This document shows positions 1 to 11,720 of a stretch of DNA of 64,000 nt, piece by piece. Position numbers and translations under genes: made by a program. The notes under the pieces are model-generated. The model made no database searches. It was given only the letters and a program-made list of their open reading frames with translations, and was not told the DNA's origin. Origin of the DNA: Patescibacteria group bacterium (lineage in GTDB: Bacteria > Patescibacteriota > Doudnabacteria > UBA920); NCBI GenBank assembly GCA_013387205.1, contig WARV01000008.1, positions 128,136 to 192,135 of the forward strand, read 5' to 3'. The stretch's first letter is position 1. Every line of letters starts with the position of its first letter.

Positions 1-691
1 CGCCAGCTTGAACCAAAAATATTTCGAAGAGTTCAAAATATTTGAAATCGGCAGGCAGTATTTAAGCTTTGAAAACGAACCCACGCTTTTAACTGCAGTC
101 ACTTACGGCAAAAACTATGCAATAGAATTGCTGGCAGGCAAGCTCAAGGCATCTGTTTTGGAATATTTCAGGCAACTGGGAATCCAAAATATCGTTTTTC
201 AGCAGACAGATAAGCCTTGGATGGAAATCAAATCCGGCGGACAGACTGTCGGGCTTATTGGAATGGTCCAGGAAGCTATAATTAAAAACTTTGACATAGA
301 TGAAGAAGTAGCTTTCGTTAAATTGGAGCTGGAAAAAATTTACAAGCTTAAAAGCGACGTTCTGTTTAAGCCATACAGCAAGTTCCCGAAAATTTCCAGG
401 GACGTTTCAATCATTATAGAAAAGTCGGTTACATGGGCGCGAATTGAAGAGTTGATAAAGCCCATTTCGCCACTAATTACTTCAATAACCTTATTTGAAG
501 CGCCGTTTTTAGCAACGGAAAAATCCAGCAAAAAATACCACGAAGAACTTTCTAAAAAAGGGCTAAAAAACCTAGGGATTCGCTTAGAATTCCAAAGCTT
601 AGAGCGCACCCTAAAAGAGGAAGAAGTCACTGGAATTTTGGGTCAAATTGTGCTAAAATTACAGCAGGAGATAAAGGCTGAAGTCCGCTAG
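1..691 (+). CDS. pheT: phenylalanine--tRNA ligase beta subunit, C-terminal fragment (5' end lies outside window)
   Basis: C-terminal B3/4 + FDX-ACB-like region (FDIDEEVAFVKLELEKI ... ITLFEAPFLATE ... LKLQQEIKAEVR); ORF open to window edge. Confidence 0.6.
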   Translation, partial: ASLNQKYFEEFKIFEIGRQYLSFENEPTLLTAVTYGKNYAIELLAGKLKASVLEYFRQLGIQNIVFQQTDKPWMEIKSGGQTVGLIGMVQEAIIKNFDIDEEVAFVKLELEKIYKLKSDVLFKPYSKFPKISRDVSIIIEKSVTWARIEELIKPISPLITSITLFEAPFLATEKSSKKYHEELSKKGLKNLGIRLEFQSLERTLKEEEVTGILGQIVLKLQQEIKAEVR

Positions 692-807
692 AATATAGCA
701 AAATTTAACCCTTATTAATGCAATATCCTAAGGAGAATCTCTACAGGATATTTTCTTTGAGATTTTACTCTTAAATACTTATTAATTTTAAGATTTTAGA
801 TTAATAA

Positions 808-2880
<2,073 letters not shown>

Positions 2881-2883
2881 TTT

Positions 2884-2911
2884 GATAGTCACCATCGCGA
2901 TGGTGACTATC
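2884..2911. terminator. perfect 13-bp-stem palindrome downstream of gyrB (possible terminator/structural hairpin, no T-run)
   Basis: gatagtcaccatcgcgatggtgactatc immediately after gyrB stop. Confidence 0.3.
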
Positions 2912-2936
2912 TCAATACTTGGATATTAAAATTAAA

Positions 2937-3182
2937 ATGAAAAAAATCAATTTTAATGCTATTGTGCAAGTATGCTTAACTGTTTTTACTGTTCTCGGAT
3001 TCGCATTAACCGCTTTTAAACTTCCACAATACGGGCTTATCGCCGCCATGGTTTCCCAAGCATTTTGGCTTTATAGTTCCTATAAAGCATGGCGCGAAGC
3101 TAACCAGATTGGCATTTTTATCACAACCATCTTCATTGTCATCACGATAATTTGGGGATTGGTTAATTACTGGGTATTATAA
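2937..3182 (+). CDS. small hypothetical membrane protein (2-3 predicted TM helices)
   Basis: ORF with ATG at 2937 (track start 2919 is TTG); hydrophobic segments; no recognisable family. Confidence 0.3.
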   Translation: MKKINFNAIVQVCLTVFTVLGFALTAFKLPQYGLIAAMVSQAFWLYSSYKAWREANQIGIFITTIFIVITIIWGLVNYWVL

Positions 3183-3185
3183 TAG

Positions 3186-3214
3186 TTGACACAAAAATAA
3201 ATCTAGATTAATAT
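3186..3214 (+). promoter_or_regulatory. sigma70-like promoter (TTGACA-17-TAATAT) for greA transcript
   Basis: ttgaca + 17 nt + taatat upstream of greA. Confidence 0.4.
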
Positions 3215-3237
3215 ATACGCTAGCTTATAAATAACTT

Positions 3238-3362
3238 GTCATTGCGAGGAGCGCATCCGATCGAGACAATCTGATCACCGGGCGTCATCCTGAGTGCAGC
3301 CGAAGGATCTCAATAAAAATAAGAGATTCTTCGCCCTCAGATGCATTCGGGCTCAGAATGAC
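3238..3362. repeat. GTCATTGCGAG-family modular palindromic repeat, copy 1 (modules A + B + inverted B), inside greA 5' UTR
   Basis: gtcattgcgagg...caatc ; gtcatcctgagtgcagccgaaggatctc ; loop ; gagattcttcg...ctcagaatgac. Confidence 0.7.
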
Positions 3363-3398
3363 GCCGTTGGCTGACACACTCGCCAAAATGCAATCATA

Positions 3399-3860
3399 AT
3401 GTCCAAAAAATATTTACTGACCCAGGAGGGTCTGGAAAAACTGAACCAAGAATTAAAAACCTTGATTAATGAAAAGCGCAAGGAAGTCATTGAGCGCATC
3501 CGCGAGGCGGCTGCCCATGGTGACTTGTCCGAAAACGCAGATTACGCGCAGGCCAGGGAAGAACAGAGTTTTATAGAAGGCAGGATCATGGAAATTGAAG
3601 ATATCATAAAGAACGCGGAAATCATTTCCACTTCCACGCACCATTCCAGCGTGACCATTGGTTCAACCGTTGCGGTTAAGGCCGGCGGCCAAGACAGAAA
3701 GTATACCATTGTCGGCAGCAACGAAGCCAACCCGAAAGAAGGCAAAATTTCCAATGAATCAGTTGTCGGCAGGTCATTACTCGGCCGTAAAATCGGCGAA
3801 AAGTTCAAAGTCGCAACCCCGGCAGGTGAAATTGATTACGAAATAGTTTCGATTGAATAA
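3399..3860 (+). CDS. greA: transcription elongation factor GreA
   Basis: N-terminal coiled coil (LTQEGLEKLNQELKTL...GDLSENADYAQAREEQSFIEGRI) and C-terminal FKBP-like domain; 153 aa. Confidence 0.9.
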   Translation: MSKKYLLTQEGLEKLNQELKTLINEKRKEVIERIREAAAHGDLSENADYAQAREEQSFIEGRIMEIEDIIKNAEIISTSTHHSSVTIGSTVAVKAGGQDRKYTIVGSNEANPKEGKISNESVVGRSLLGRKIGEKFKVATPAGEIDYEIVSIE

Positions 3861-3875
3861 GCTTTGATAATACTA

Positions 3876-3909
3876 AACAGCTCATTTGGCTAAATGAGCT
3901 GTTTTTGTT
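3876..3909 (+). terminator. rho-independent terminator after greA
   Basis: aacagctcatttggctaaatgagctgtt + tttgtt. Confidence 0.6.
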
Positions 3910-3927
3910 ATACTTTAAGCATAAAAA

Positions 3928-4023
3928 TAATCCGAATTATCCGAATATTATCCAAATGACCCGAATAGGGAAGAACTCATTTGGGGCATTCGGATGCTGA
4001 TTCGGGGCATTAGGATTACATAA
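3928..4023. repeat. ~95-bp palindromic ATCCGAAT/ATTCGGAT element, copy A, ending exactly at lysS start codon
   Basis: aatccgaattatccgaat...caaatgacccgaa...catttgg.gcattcggatgctgattcggggcattaggattacataa; near-identical copy upstream of tsf. Confidence 0.6.
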
Positions 4024-5490
4024 ATGTCAGAAAGACTAGAAGACATCATCAAACACAGGAAATTAAAACTTGAAAATATAAAGCAGCTTGGTATGGACCC
4101 GTATCCGTCCAGCACTTCCCGCACGCATTCAAATAAAGAAGTAATTGAAGACTTCGACAAGCTCAGCCAACAATCCGAACCAGTGACTTTAGTCGGCCGC
4201 ATCCGCAGCCTAAGAACCATGGGCAAACTGGCTTTTGCGCACATTGAAGACGGCACAGCCAAGATTCAAGTCTTGTTTAAATCCGACAATATAGGCGATG
4301 ACCAGTTTAATTTCTTGCTGGAAAATATTGATATTGGAGATTTTATTGAAGCGACCGGCAGCTTATTCATCACCAAAACCAATGAAAAAACTTTGCAGGC
4401 TAAAAACTATAAACTATTAGCTAAAAGCCTGTTGCCGCTTCCAAGCGAACACTACGGTTTAAACGATGAAGAAACCAGGCTTAGAAAGCGCTACCTGGAT
4501 ATACTGCTTAACCCCGAAGTCAAAGATTTATTCGTAAAATCTGCCAAATTTTGGGGCTCAATGAGGGAATTTTTGGTTAAAAAGGGCTTTTTAGAGCTAG
4601 AAATGCCTGTTTTAGAGCCGATTCCGGGCGGAGCCGAGGCAGAACCGTTTATAACCCATCACAATGCCCTAGACCGCGATTTTTACCTTAGGATAAGCCT
4701 TGAATTACCCTTAAAAAAGATGCTTGTTGCCGGATTTGAAAAGGTTTTTGAAATTGGCCGAATTTTCCGCAATGAAGGAATCGATACCGAACATTTGCAA
4801 GATTACACCCAAATGGAATTTTACTGGGCATACGGCGACTTTGAAAAACTCATGCAATTTTTGCAAGACATGTACCAATATATCATCAAAGAAACTTTCG
4901 GCACGCTGCAAATACAAAGCCGCGGAATGACATGCGACTGGAGCGGACAATGGGAAAGAGTGAGCTATATTGATTTATTCAAAAAGCAAACTGGCATAGA
5001 TTTATCTGACGCTAGTAATGACGACTTACGAAAGTATCTCGATAAGAACCACATTAAATACGATCCTGGTTTCCATCGCGGCAAGTTGATTGATACGATT
5101 TTCAAAACAGTCAGGTCTTCCATTCCTTTGGACAAACCCGTGTTCTTAATTGACCAGCCGGTGGAACTGGAACCTTTGGCAAAAAAAGATCCCAAGAACC
5201 CCAAAATAGTCCAGCGCTTACAGATTATCGCTTATGGAACAGAACTCGGCAAAGGTTTTGGCGAGCTTAACGACCCAGTTGACCAGCGTGCCAGATTTGA
5301 GGAGCAGATGCAGAGAAGGGAAGCAGGGGACAAAGAAGCGCAGATGATTGACAACGATTATTTGGAAGCCATGGAATACGGCATGCCGCCGGCAGCCGGT
5401 TTTGGCGTTTCTCAAAGGCTATTTGCGTTCTTGGCCGACAAGCCTATCCGCGAAACCGTCATCTTCCCGCCAATGAAAAGTGAAAAATAA
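4024..5490 (+). CDS. lysS: lysine--tRNA ligase (class II)
   Basis: OB anticodon-binding N-domain, class II motifs (FRNEGIDTEHLQDYTQMEFYWAY, GELNDPVDQRARFEEQ), 488 aa. Confidence 0.95.
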   Translation: MSERLEDIIKHRKLKLENIKQLGMDPYPSSTSRTHSNKEVIEDFDKLSQQSEPVTLVGRIRSLRTMGKLAFAHIEDGTAKIQVLFKSDNIGDDQFNFLLENIDIGDFIEATGSLFITKTNEKTLQAKNYKLLAKSLLPLPSEHYGLNDEETRLRKRYLDILLNPEVKDLFVKSAKFWGSMREFLVKKGFLELEMPVLEPIPGGAEAEPFITHHNALDRDFYLRISLELPLKKMLVAGFEKVFEIGRIFRNEGIDTEHLQDYTQMEFYWAYGDFEKLMQFLQDMYQYIIKETFGTLQIQSRGMTCDWSGQWERVSYIDLFKKQTGIDLSDASNDDLRKYLDKNHIKYDPGFHRGKLIDTIFKTVRSSIPLDKPVFLIDQPVELEPLAKKDPKNPKIVQRLQIIAYGTELGKGFGELNDPVDQRARFEEQMQRREAGDKEAQMIDNDYLEAMEYGMPPAAGFGVSQRLFAFLADKPIRETVIFPPMKSEK

Positions 5491-5494
5491 ATAC

Positions 5495-5548
5495 CAAAAA
5501 CTTATAGGTCCAATATGACTTATAAGTCCTATCAGTCCTATTTGACTT
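5495..5548. repeat. CTTATAAGTCCTATAGG / TCCTATCAGTC repeat cluster (locus 1 of 3)
   Basis: aaaaacttataggtccaatatgacttataagtcctatcagtcctatttgacttatg; related copies at 33993 and 40705. Confidence 0.4.
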
Positions 5549-6136
5549 ATGAAATTACTCCTCGGCACTAGCAATGAAGGCAAAATCAGGCATTATAAAA
5601 AATTCCTATCAAATGCAAATCTGGAATTGGTTACGTTAAAAGATGTTGGCATAACAGATGAGCCGGAAGAAACAGGAATGACGCTTGAGGAAAATGCAAC
5701 ACTTAAAGCAAAATTCTATTATGAAAAATCAGGATTACCAACTCTTGCCGACGATGCTGGTTTTGAAATCCCGGCTTTAAATAACTTTCCCGGTGTGCAA
5801 TCTAGAAGAATAGATGGAATTACCAGAACCGATAAAGAAATTTTGGATATAATAATTGACCGGATGAAGGATTTAAAAAGCCAAGACAGGGCAGCGAGAA
5901 TGAAAGTCGCTCTGGCACTAGCTTTAGATAAAGATGATATTAAAATTGCGACAGGTGAAATTACCGGAATAGTCCCCGAAAAACCTTACGAAAAACTGGA
6001 AGACTATTTTCCCTACCGCTCGCTCCTGTTTATTCCGCAGTTAAACAAGTGGTTTTACGACTTAACCGAAGACGAAGAAAATATGCTTGGATATAGGAAG
6101 GCGGCTGCAGAAAAAATCAAACAATATTTATTATAA
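5549..6136 (+). CDS. rdgB: non-canonical purine NTP pyrophosphatase (RdgB/HAM1 family)
   Basis: MKLLLGTSNEGKIRHYKKFL ... TLEENATLKAKFYYEKSGLPTLADDAGFEIPALNNFPGVQSRR typical of Maf/Ham1 ITPase. Confidence 0.8.
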   Translation: MKLLLGTSNEGKIRHYKKFLSNANLELVTLKDVGITDEPEETGMTLEENATLKAKFYYEKSGLPTLADDAGFEIPALNNFPGVQSRRIDGITRTDKEILDIIIDRMKDLKSQDRAARMKVALALALDKDDIKIATGEITGIVPEKPYEKLEDYFPYRSLLFIPQLNKWFYDLTEDEENMLGYRKAAAEKIKQYLL

Positions 6137-6140
6137 GTTT

Positions 6141-6572
6141 ATGGATAAACAAACCCCCGTGGTCCTGGCGGTGATCCGAAATACTAAAAACCAAGTTTTG
6201 ATAGCAAAACGTAAGGACGAAGATACAATAGGTGCACATGATATGTGGGAATTAGTCGGCGGAAAAATAGAGTTTGGCGAGACGCCGGAACAAGCATTAA
6301 TCAGGGAAGTTAAAGAAGAAACCGGACTTGATGTAAAAATTACCAGGTTGATACCAATTGTAAAATCCCAAGTATGGGAAAAGAAAAACGGGGACAAAAC
6401 ACAAGTCATTCTTATTTCTTACGAATGTTTGGCAGAAGATGCCTCCCAACTCAAACAGAATTTAATTGACGAGGTCCAGGAAGCAAAATTTATTAACATC
6501 AGCGAACTCGATGACTACAATTTTCTCCCGCTCGATAAAGAATTGATATTAAGTTTAAATCTTAAATCGTAA
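6141..6572 (+). CDS. NUDIX hydrolase (MutT-like)
   Basis: Nudix box GGKIEFGETPEQALIREVKEETGLDV; start moved to in-frame ATG 6141 to avoid overlap with rdgB. Confidence 0.75.
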   Translation: MDKQTPVVLAVIRNTKNQVLIAKRKDEDTIGAHDMWELVGGKIEFGETPEQALIREVKEETGLDVKITRLIPIVKSQVWEKKNGDKTQVILISYECLAEDASQLKQNLIDEVQEAKFINISELDDYNFLPLDKELILSLNLKS

Positions 6573-6589
6573 ATCTAAAATCTACAAAT

Positions 6590-7936
6590 ATGCTCGACAT
6601 TAAATTCATCCGCGACAATCAGGAAGCGGTAAAAAAAGCCATCACTGATAAAAATATTGATCTGGATTTGGACCATTTGCTCGACGTTGACCAGCGTCGC
6701 AGGAGCCTTTTGACCGAACTGGAATCTCTGCAAGCAACAAAAAACCAGGTTTCAAAAGAAATCCCAAAACTTTCTCCTGAAGACAAGAAGGTCAAGCTTT
6801 TGGAAATGAAGGAAGTCGACGCCAAATCGGATGAATTAAAAACCCAACTCAAGGAAGTCTTGAAAGAATACGAAGACTTAATGGCAATTACCCCGAACAT
6901 CCCAAGCCCGGAAACTCCGATTGGAAAAAATGACGAAGGAAACGTGCCGTGGAGCTACTGGAGCCCTCAACTCGGGCAGGTTGACCCTAAAGACACGGAC
7001 AAAATCGCGCAAATCCCGACCAAGTTTGATTTTGAACCCAAAGACCACATTACTTTAGGCAAAGAACTGGATCTTATAGATACTGAAGCTGGCGTAAAAA
7101 CTTCCGGTTTTAGGGGGTATTACTTAAAGAACGAGGCCGTACTTTTGCACTACGCGCTTATTTGGCACGCTATTAAAAAAATGCAGGAGAAAAGTTTTAA
7201 TCTTTTCACCACTCCTGTTTTAGTCCGCGACTTTGCCCTTTTTGGCAGCGGCCATTTTCCGTTCGGAAAAGATGAGATTTACCAAATCGGAAATCCCGGC
7301 AAGCTTAGTGACAATGATACCAGGGAAAACCAATACTTGGCAGGAACTTCCGAGCCAAGCCTTTTAGCTTACCATGCGGATAAAATTTTGGATGAAAAAG
7401 ATTTGCCGATAAAAATGTGCGGGATAAGCCCATGCTTCAGGAGTGAAGTGGGCAGTTATGGCAAAGACACCAAAGGCATTTATCGCATACATGAATTCAT
7501 GAAAGTCGAGCAGGTGGTTATTTGCAAAGCTGACATTTTGGAAAGCGACAAGTGGCTGGAATCGATGAGAGAAATCGCGCAGGAAATGCTCATGGACTTA
7601 AAATTGCCGCATAGGGTTTTGAACATCTGCACTGGTGATATGGGCGCCGGGAAATATAAAATGTATGACATTGAAACCTGGATGCCAGCCAGGAAAAATT
7701 ATGGCGAAACCCACAGTGATTCCAATTTGACCGACTGGCAGGCCAGAAGGCTGAACATCCGCTACCGCGACCATGAAGGAAAAACCAAATACGCGTACAC
7801 CTTGAATAATACTGTTATAGCCAGCCCACGCATTTTAATCGCTATTTTAGAAAATTACCAGCAAAAAGACGGGAGCATAGTAATTCCGGAAGTTCTAAGG
7901 CCGCTGGTAGGCAAGGATGTGATAAAGAAACAATAA
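6590..7936 (+). CDS. serS: serine--tRNA ligase
   Basis: N-terminal coiled-coil arm (MLDIKFIRDNQEAVKKAI...), class II core (FRSEVGSYGKDTKGIYRIHEFMKVEQVV, YTLNNTVIASPRILIAILENYQ). Confidence 0.95.
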   Translation: MLDIKFIRDNQEAVKKAITDKNIDLDLDHLLDVDQRRRSLLTELESLQATKNQVSKEIPKLSPEDKKVKLLEMKEVDAKSDELKTQLKEVLKEYEDLMAITPNIPSPETPIGKNDEGNVPWSYWSPQLGQVDPKDTDKIAQIPTKFDFEPKDHITLGKELDLIDTEAGVKTSGFRGYYLKNEAVLLHYALIWHAIKKMQEKSFNLFTTPVLVRDFALFGSGHFPFGKDEIYQIGNPGKLSDNDTRENQYLAGTSEPSLLAYHADKILDEKDLPIKMCGISPCFRSEVGSYGKDTKGIYRIHEFMKVEQVVICKADILESDKWLESMREIAQEMLMDLKLPHRVLNICTGDMGAGKYKMYDIETWMPARKNYGETHSDSNLTDWQARRLNIRYRDHEGKTKYAYTLNNTVIASPRILIAILENYQQKDGSIVIPEVLRPLVGKDVIKKQ

Positions 7937-8057
7937 TATGATACTAATAATGCCAATATTATCCTAAGAACAATCTTTCAAGAGGATTAGTATTATTTGT
8001 ACCATTCGTATGCTTTCGTATATTGGTATCACAATAAAGTAATTTGTCTAGATTTAC

Positions 8058-9005
8058 ATGTTACCTCAAAATAAAAAGTCCCGCTTCCAAAACCAAACTT
8101 TCAAAAAACAGCTGGAAAACGCCAGGGGGTATAAACGAAACGCCAGGAAAATTCCGGAAAAGAAATTTGACGCTATACTGGACAAGTTTGGCTTAAGCTC
8201 TATTTGGACGAAATCTGCGCTTGTTATAATAATTTTAGCTTTGGGATATATAATTTATATCCCGAATTTTTTAAAAATCAAGCAAATTGAAATAACTGGT
8301 ATTAGAAGCGACAACAAGGGAACAATTGAAAATACCACCCGTGATTTTTTAAAAAGCAAGCCGTATTGGCCACAAACGAACTTGTTGCTGTTGTCTAAAC
8401 AAGGCCTTAGCAAATATATCCTGAAAAAGAATACTGAGGTGCTTAAAGTAGAAAGTATCAACAAAAAGTTTCCGAATTCACTCGAAATCCAGATATCTTC
8501 AAGAATGCCGAGATTTGTCCTGCAATCTCCAGATGGAAGTTTTATTATATTCAACGACGGAAAGCTTTACAAAAAACTTGATGCGTCCGCAACGCCGGAA
8601 TCAAATTTAATTTTAATCAAGATAGCCGGAGGTATTGAACCTGGCACAGGCACTTTTACCATGCCGCAAGAAACCATCTCCTCAATTAATTTAATCCAGA
8701 AAGATTTGCCGGATATCACAAAGTTGGCTATTGAATATTATAAAGTAGAATCGATTAAGGATCCGGATTTGATAGTGCAACTGAAAAGCGGTTATAAGAT
8801 TAAATTCGACACCAAGCTGGATACCGCCGATGTATTAAAAAAAACAAGGCTGCTTTTATCGGAAATCCCTGACACTGACCAGGCAAAACTCGAATATTTG
8901 GACATGAGAATTAACGACAGGGGATACGTTTGTATTAAAAATGCCCCATGCGCGAAAGAAACCGTAATAAACAATGCTTCTACAACAATTGAAAGTATTA
9001 AATAG
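8058..9005 (+). CDS. FtsQ/DivIB-like cell-division protein (single TM + POTRA-like domain)
   Basis: basic N-terminus, one TM helix (ALVIIILALGYIIYI), POTRA-like segment IKQIEITGIRSDNK...LKVESINKKFPNSLEIQISSRMP. Confidence 0.5.
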   Translation: MLPQNKKSRFQNQTFKKQLENARGYKRNARKIPEKKFDAILDKFGLSSIWTKSALVIIILALGYIIYIPNFLKIKQIEITGIRSDNKGTIENTTRDFLKSKPYWPQTNLLLLSKQGLSKYILKKNTEVLKVESINKKFPNSLEIQISSRMPRFVLQSPDGSFIIFNDGKLYKKLDASATPESNLILIKIAGGIEPGTGTFTMPQETISSINLIQKDLPDITKLAIEYYKVESIKDPDLIVQLKSGYKIKFDTKLDTADVLKKTRLLLSEIPDTDQAKLEYLDMRINDRGYVCIKNAPCAKETVINNASTTIESIK

Positions 9006-9140
9006 ATTCACTAATATAATTAACCAATCTACGAATCCATACTAATAATAACTAATGACAACTAATTCATACTAAGATAGCATTGGTTGTCATTAGTAAT
9101 ATTCGTTACATTAGTTGATTGGTTAATATTATTCGTTATT

Positions 9141-9821
9141 ATGACTAAAACTTTTATCATTTCTTTAGGCGGCTCGTTAATTAATCCGGGAGAAGTAAAT
9201 ACCGGATTTCTAAAACAATTTAAAAAGCTTGTCGCTGACCGGGTAAAAAAAGGCGATAGGTTTATTATAATTTCAGGCGGCGGCAAGCTGTGCCGCGACT
9301 ATAATGACGCTTTGTCTAAAATCACCAAACCATCTACAGATGACTTAGACTGGATGGGAATCAACATTACCTGGACTAACGCGAAACTTATCCAGTTAAT
9401 GTTCGGCAAACTAGCCAATAAAGAGATTACAAAAAATCCGGAAGTAAAATTCGATTTCAAAGAAAAAATCCTGGTTGGCGGTGGCTGGAAGCCCGGAAGA
9501 AGTTCCGACGGCGCTGCGGTTAAATATGCGACTACGTACGGCGCAGGCACAGTCATTAATTTAAGCAATATAGATTACGCTTATACTAAAGATCCAAAAA
9601 AATATCATGATGCCCAGCCGATTAAAAAAACTACCTGGAAAGAATTCAGGAAGATTGTAGGAAATAAGTGGACACCTGGAATAAATACGCCATTCGACCC
9701 AACTGCTGCAAAATACGCGCAAGAAAATAATCTTAAAGTAATAATCGCCAACGGCAATAATTTAAAAAACCTTGATAGAATTTTAAGCAACAAAGAATTT
9801 ATCGGTACTGAAATCATCTAG
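9141..9821 (+). CDS. pyrH: amino-acid kinase family protein, probable archaeal-type UMP kinase
   Basis: IISLGGSLI N-terminus, IIISGGGKLCRDY, VGGGWKPGRSSDGAAVKYA, DYAYTKDPKKYHDAQP, EFIGTEI pattern of archaeal PyrH; start at ATG 9141 (track start 9087 extends into an upstream inverted repeat). Confidence 0.55.
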   Translation: MTKTFIISLGGSLINPGEVNTGFLKQFKKLVADRVKKGDRFIIISGGGKLCRDYNDALSKITKPSTDDLDWMGINITWTNAKLIQLMFGKLANKEITKNPEVKFDFKEKILVGGGWKPGRSSDGAAVKYATTYGAGTVINLSNIDYAYTKDPKKYHDAQPIKKTTWKEFRKIVGNKWTPGINTPFDPTAAKYAQENNLKVIIANGNNLKNLDRILSNKEFIGTEII

Positions 9822-9843
9822 TTATGTAAATAATACTTGCAAA

Positions 9844-9878
9844 GGGCATCCTTGATCTGATCAAGGATGCCCTTTTTT
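9844..9878. terminator. hairpin terminator (AAAGGGCAYCC family, copy 1) with T6
   Basis: gggcatccttgatctgatcaaggatgccc + tttttt. Confidence 0.7.
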
Positions 9879-9892
9879 GATACCCCACGAAT

Positions 9893-9915
9893 ACCTCAAC
9901 CGATGGTTGAGCCAT
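9893..9915. repeat. GGCTCAACC-N4-GGTTGAGCC hairpin family, degenerate copy 1
   Basis: cctcaaccgatggttgagcc. Confidence 0.5.
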
Positions 9916-9928
9916 TCAATTCCGCATA

Positions 9929-10042
9929 CCCCGTATATCAACATTCGATTCTGTTATTTTACCCAGCTTTGATAACAACCAAGTCTTGTTGTAATATCAG
10001 CATATTGATATTGCTAACCATATCGAATGTTGTATTACGGGG
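9929..10042. mobile_element. MITE-like element, copy 1 (~114 bp, ~21-bp terminal inverted repeats CCCCGTATATCAACATTCGAT)
   Basis: near-identical second copy at 48989..49101; TIR ccccgtatatcaacattcgat / atcgaatgttgtattacgggg; no coding capacity. Confidence 0.7.
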
Positions 10043-10076
10043 CTTAAATAAGCCAATTATATTTTCTACAAAAAAC

Positions 10077-11651
10077 CTAATTCACCTTATACTCCGTAAC
10101 CACAATCCAGGTGCCGACCCAGGGGCGGACATCTTCGTAACCTTTCTCATCAACCTGCACCCAATTTTTCGGCGTCTCTGGCTTATTGGATCCAAATCCA
10201 TTGGTCCACAAAAGCCAAACGGTGTCGCCGGGCTTGGTGGAGGCTTTAAAATCCGGCACCAAATCTTCATTAGTTAAAATCGCCGAACCGGCTATATGGG
10301 AAATATTCTTCACATCTGCCACACCGCCCGTGAAAAGCTGAGGCCTGACAGGAGTCTTGTTATAATATTTATAATTGAAAAATTCAAAAGAAGTCCCGAC
10401 GTATAATTTTTGCCCCGGCTCGACATTGGCCTGCAGATATTTTGCCGCACCAGCCATGCCAGGCCGAGTTTGTATTTTAAGCTGGCTCCAATAATAAGAA
10501 AAGGTGAACAGATTAAGTACGATATAAATTATAAACAAGCCGGCAGCAAATAACTTATTCTTTAATTGCGACATCCATACTGCTAAGGCAATTGAATAGT
10601 ATATGCTGGCAAACAGAAAATATCTATCCATGTAGACCGATGACGAGCTGCCTTTTAATTTGGCCAATAAGGCAAATAAAACCGCTCCGCCAAATGGGGC
10701 AATTATTGCCAAAACCACAAGCCATTTGTGGAAGAAATCGGTTTTTCTGACGAATTTATATATAAAGTAAATTGAAAACAGGAAAATTACTGCAAGCCAA
10801 AATTGCGTGGATGTTTTGGCTGTATCGCGGCCAAGGCCTAAAAGCATATCCCACAAAGTCGCGGGAATGCTCCAGCGGTTGATTGGCGGAATCCAGTACC
10901 CGGCTCCCACTTGGCGGTATTGGAACAAAAAAGTCTTAAGCCAAGGAAGGAAAGACAATCCAATAACCAGGTAAGATGCGATTATGTAAATATATTTTCT
11001 AAAATCCCACTTGTGATGGGAAAACAAGTAAACTAATCCATAAAAACCTAACGCTGCCGCGGTAAAGAACAAATAATAATGCGTGTAAATTATTACTATC
11101 ATGGACAAAGTGAATCCAAAATAGTTTAAAAGCATATTGCGCTTTAAATTGATATCCTGAGGCAGGTTGGGTATTTTTAAAGCCCGGGTCTCATGCAGCT
11201 GCTTTTGCTGGTTCAAAGCTTTAACTAAGAAATACCCGGCAAGCAAGGCAAAAAACGCGCCCATGGTATACATTCTTGCTTCGGTTACATATTTTAGCTG
11301 GAACGGATTAAGGGCGATAAAAACCGCGGCCCAAATCGCAGCTCTCTCGTTTTTAAATGCTTCTTTGACAAATGCATAGCCGGCCCAAATAGAAGCTACG
11401 CCAAAAAATATAGACATGCCGCGCAGGGACAGCAGGGAATCGCCGAAAATATAATGCCAGAACCTCAAAAATACGTAATACATCGGCGGGTGGACATCCA
11501 GCCCAATGCGGTACACCATCTCGCTCCAGCTGTACCTGATAAGCAATGCCGAAAACGCCTCGTCATGCCAGAGGGAAATTAAAGTATTGTTGTAAAACCT
11601 CAAAACCGTCCCTAAAATTAGGATCAAAATTAAAGGAAGGTGTTTTTTCAT
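10077..11651 (-). CDS. membrane glycosyltransferase, PMT/ArnT (GT39/GT83-like) family
   Basis: multi-TM protein with N-terminal LRFYNNTLISLWHDEAFSALL... motif typical of dolichyl-phosphate-mannose-protein mannosyltransferase-like proteins; 524 aa. Confidence 0.75.
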   Translation of the reverse strand: MKKHLPLILILILGTVLRFYNNTLISLWHDEAFSALLIRYSWSEMVYRIGLDVHPPMYYVFLRFWHYIFGDSLLSLRGMSIFFGVASIWAGYAFVKEAFKNERAAIWAAVFIALNPFQLKYVTEARMYTMGAFFALLAGYFLVKALNQQKQLHETRALKIPNLPQDINLKRNMLLNYFGFTLSMIVIIYTHYYLFFTAAALGFYGLVYLFSHHKWDFRKYIYIIASYLVIGLSFLPWLKTFLFQYRQVGAGYWIPPINRWSIPATLWDMLLGLGRDTAKTSTQFWLAVIFLFSIYFIYKFVRKTDFFHKWLVVLAIIAPFGGAVLFALLAKLKGSSSSVYMDRYFLFASIYYSIALAVWMSQLKNKLFAAGLFIIYIVLNLFTFSYYWSQLKIQTRPGMAGAAKYLQANVEPGQKLYVGTSFEFFNYKYYNKTPVRPQLFTGGVADVKNISHIAGSAILTNEDLVPDFKASTKPGDTVWLLWTNGFGSNKPETPKNWVQVDEKGYEDVRPWVGTWIVVTEYKVN

Positions 11652-11720
11652 ACGACACAGATCTTATCGCGGATCTGCTGCGCGGGTATTAATGCTGCTA
11701 AATTTGAGTTAATTGAAAAA

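Noticed and set aside
9867-10277. Track ORFs 9867..10277 (+) and 10082..10270 (-)
   Set aside because: The first reads straight through the MITE-like element and hairpin repeat and into the 3' end of the convergent GT39 gene; the second is antisense inside that gene. Neither has an SD and both are low-complexity.
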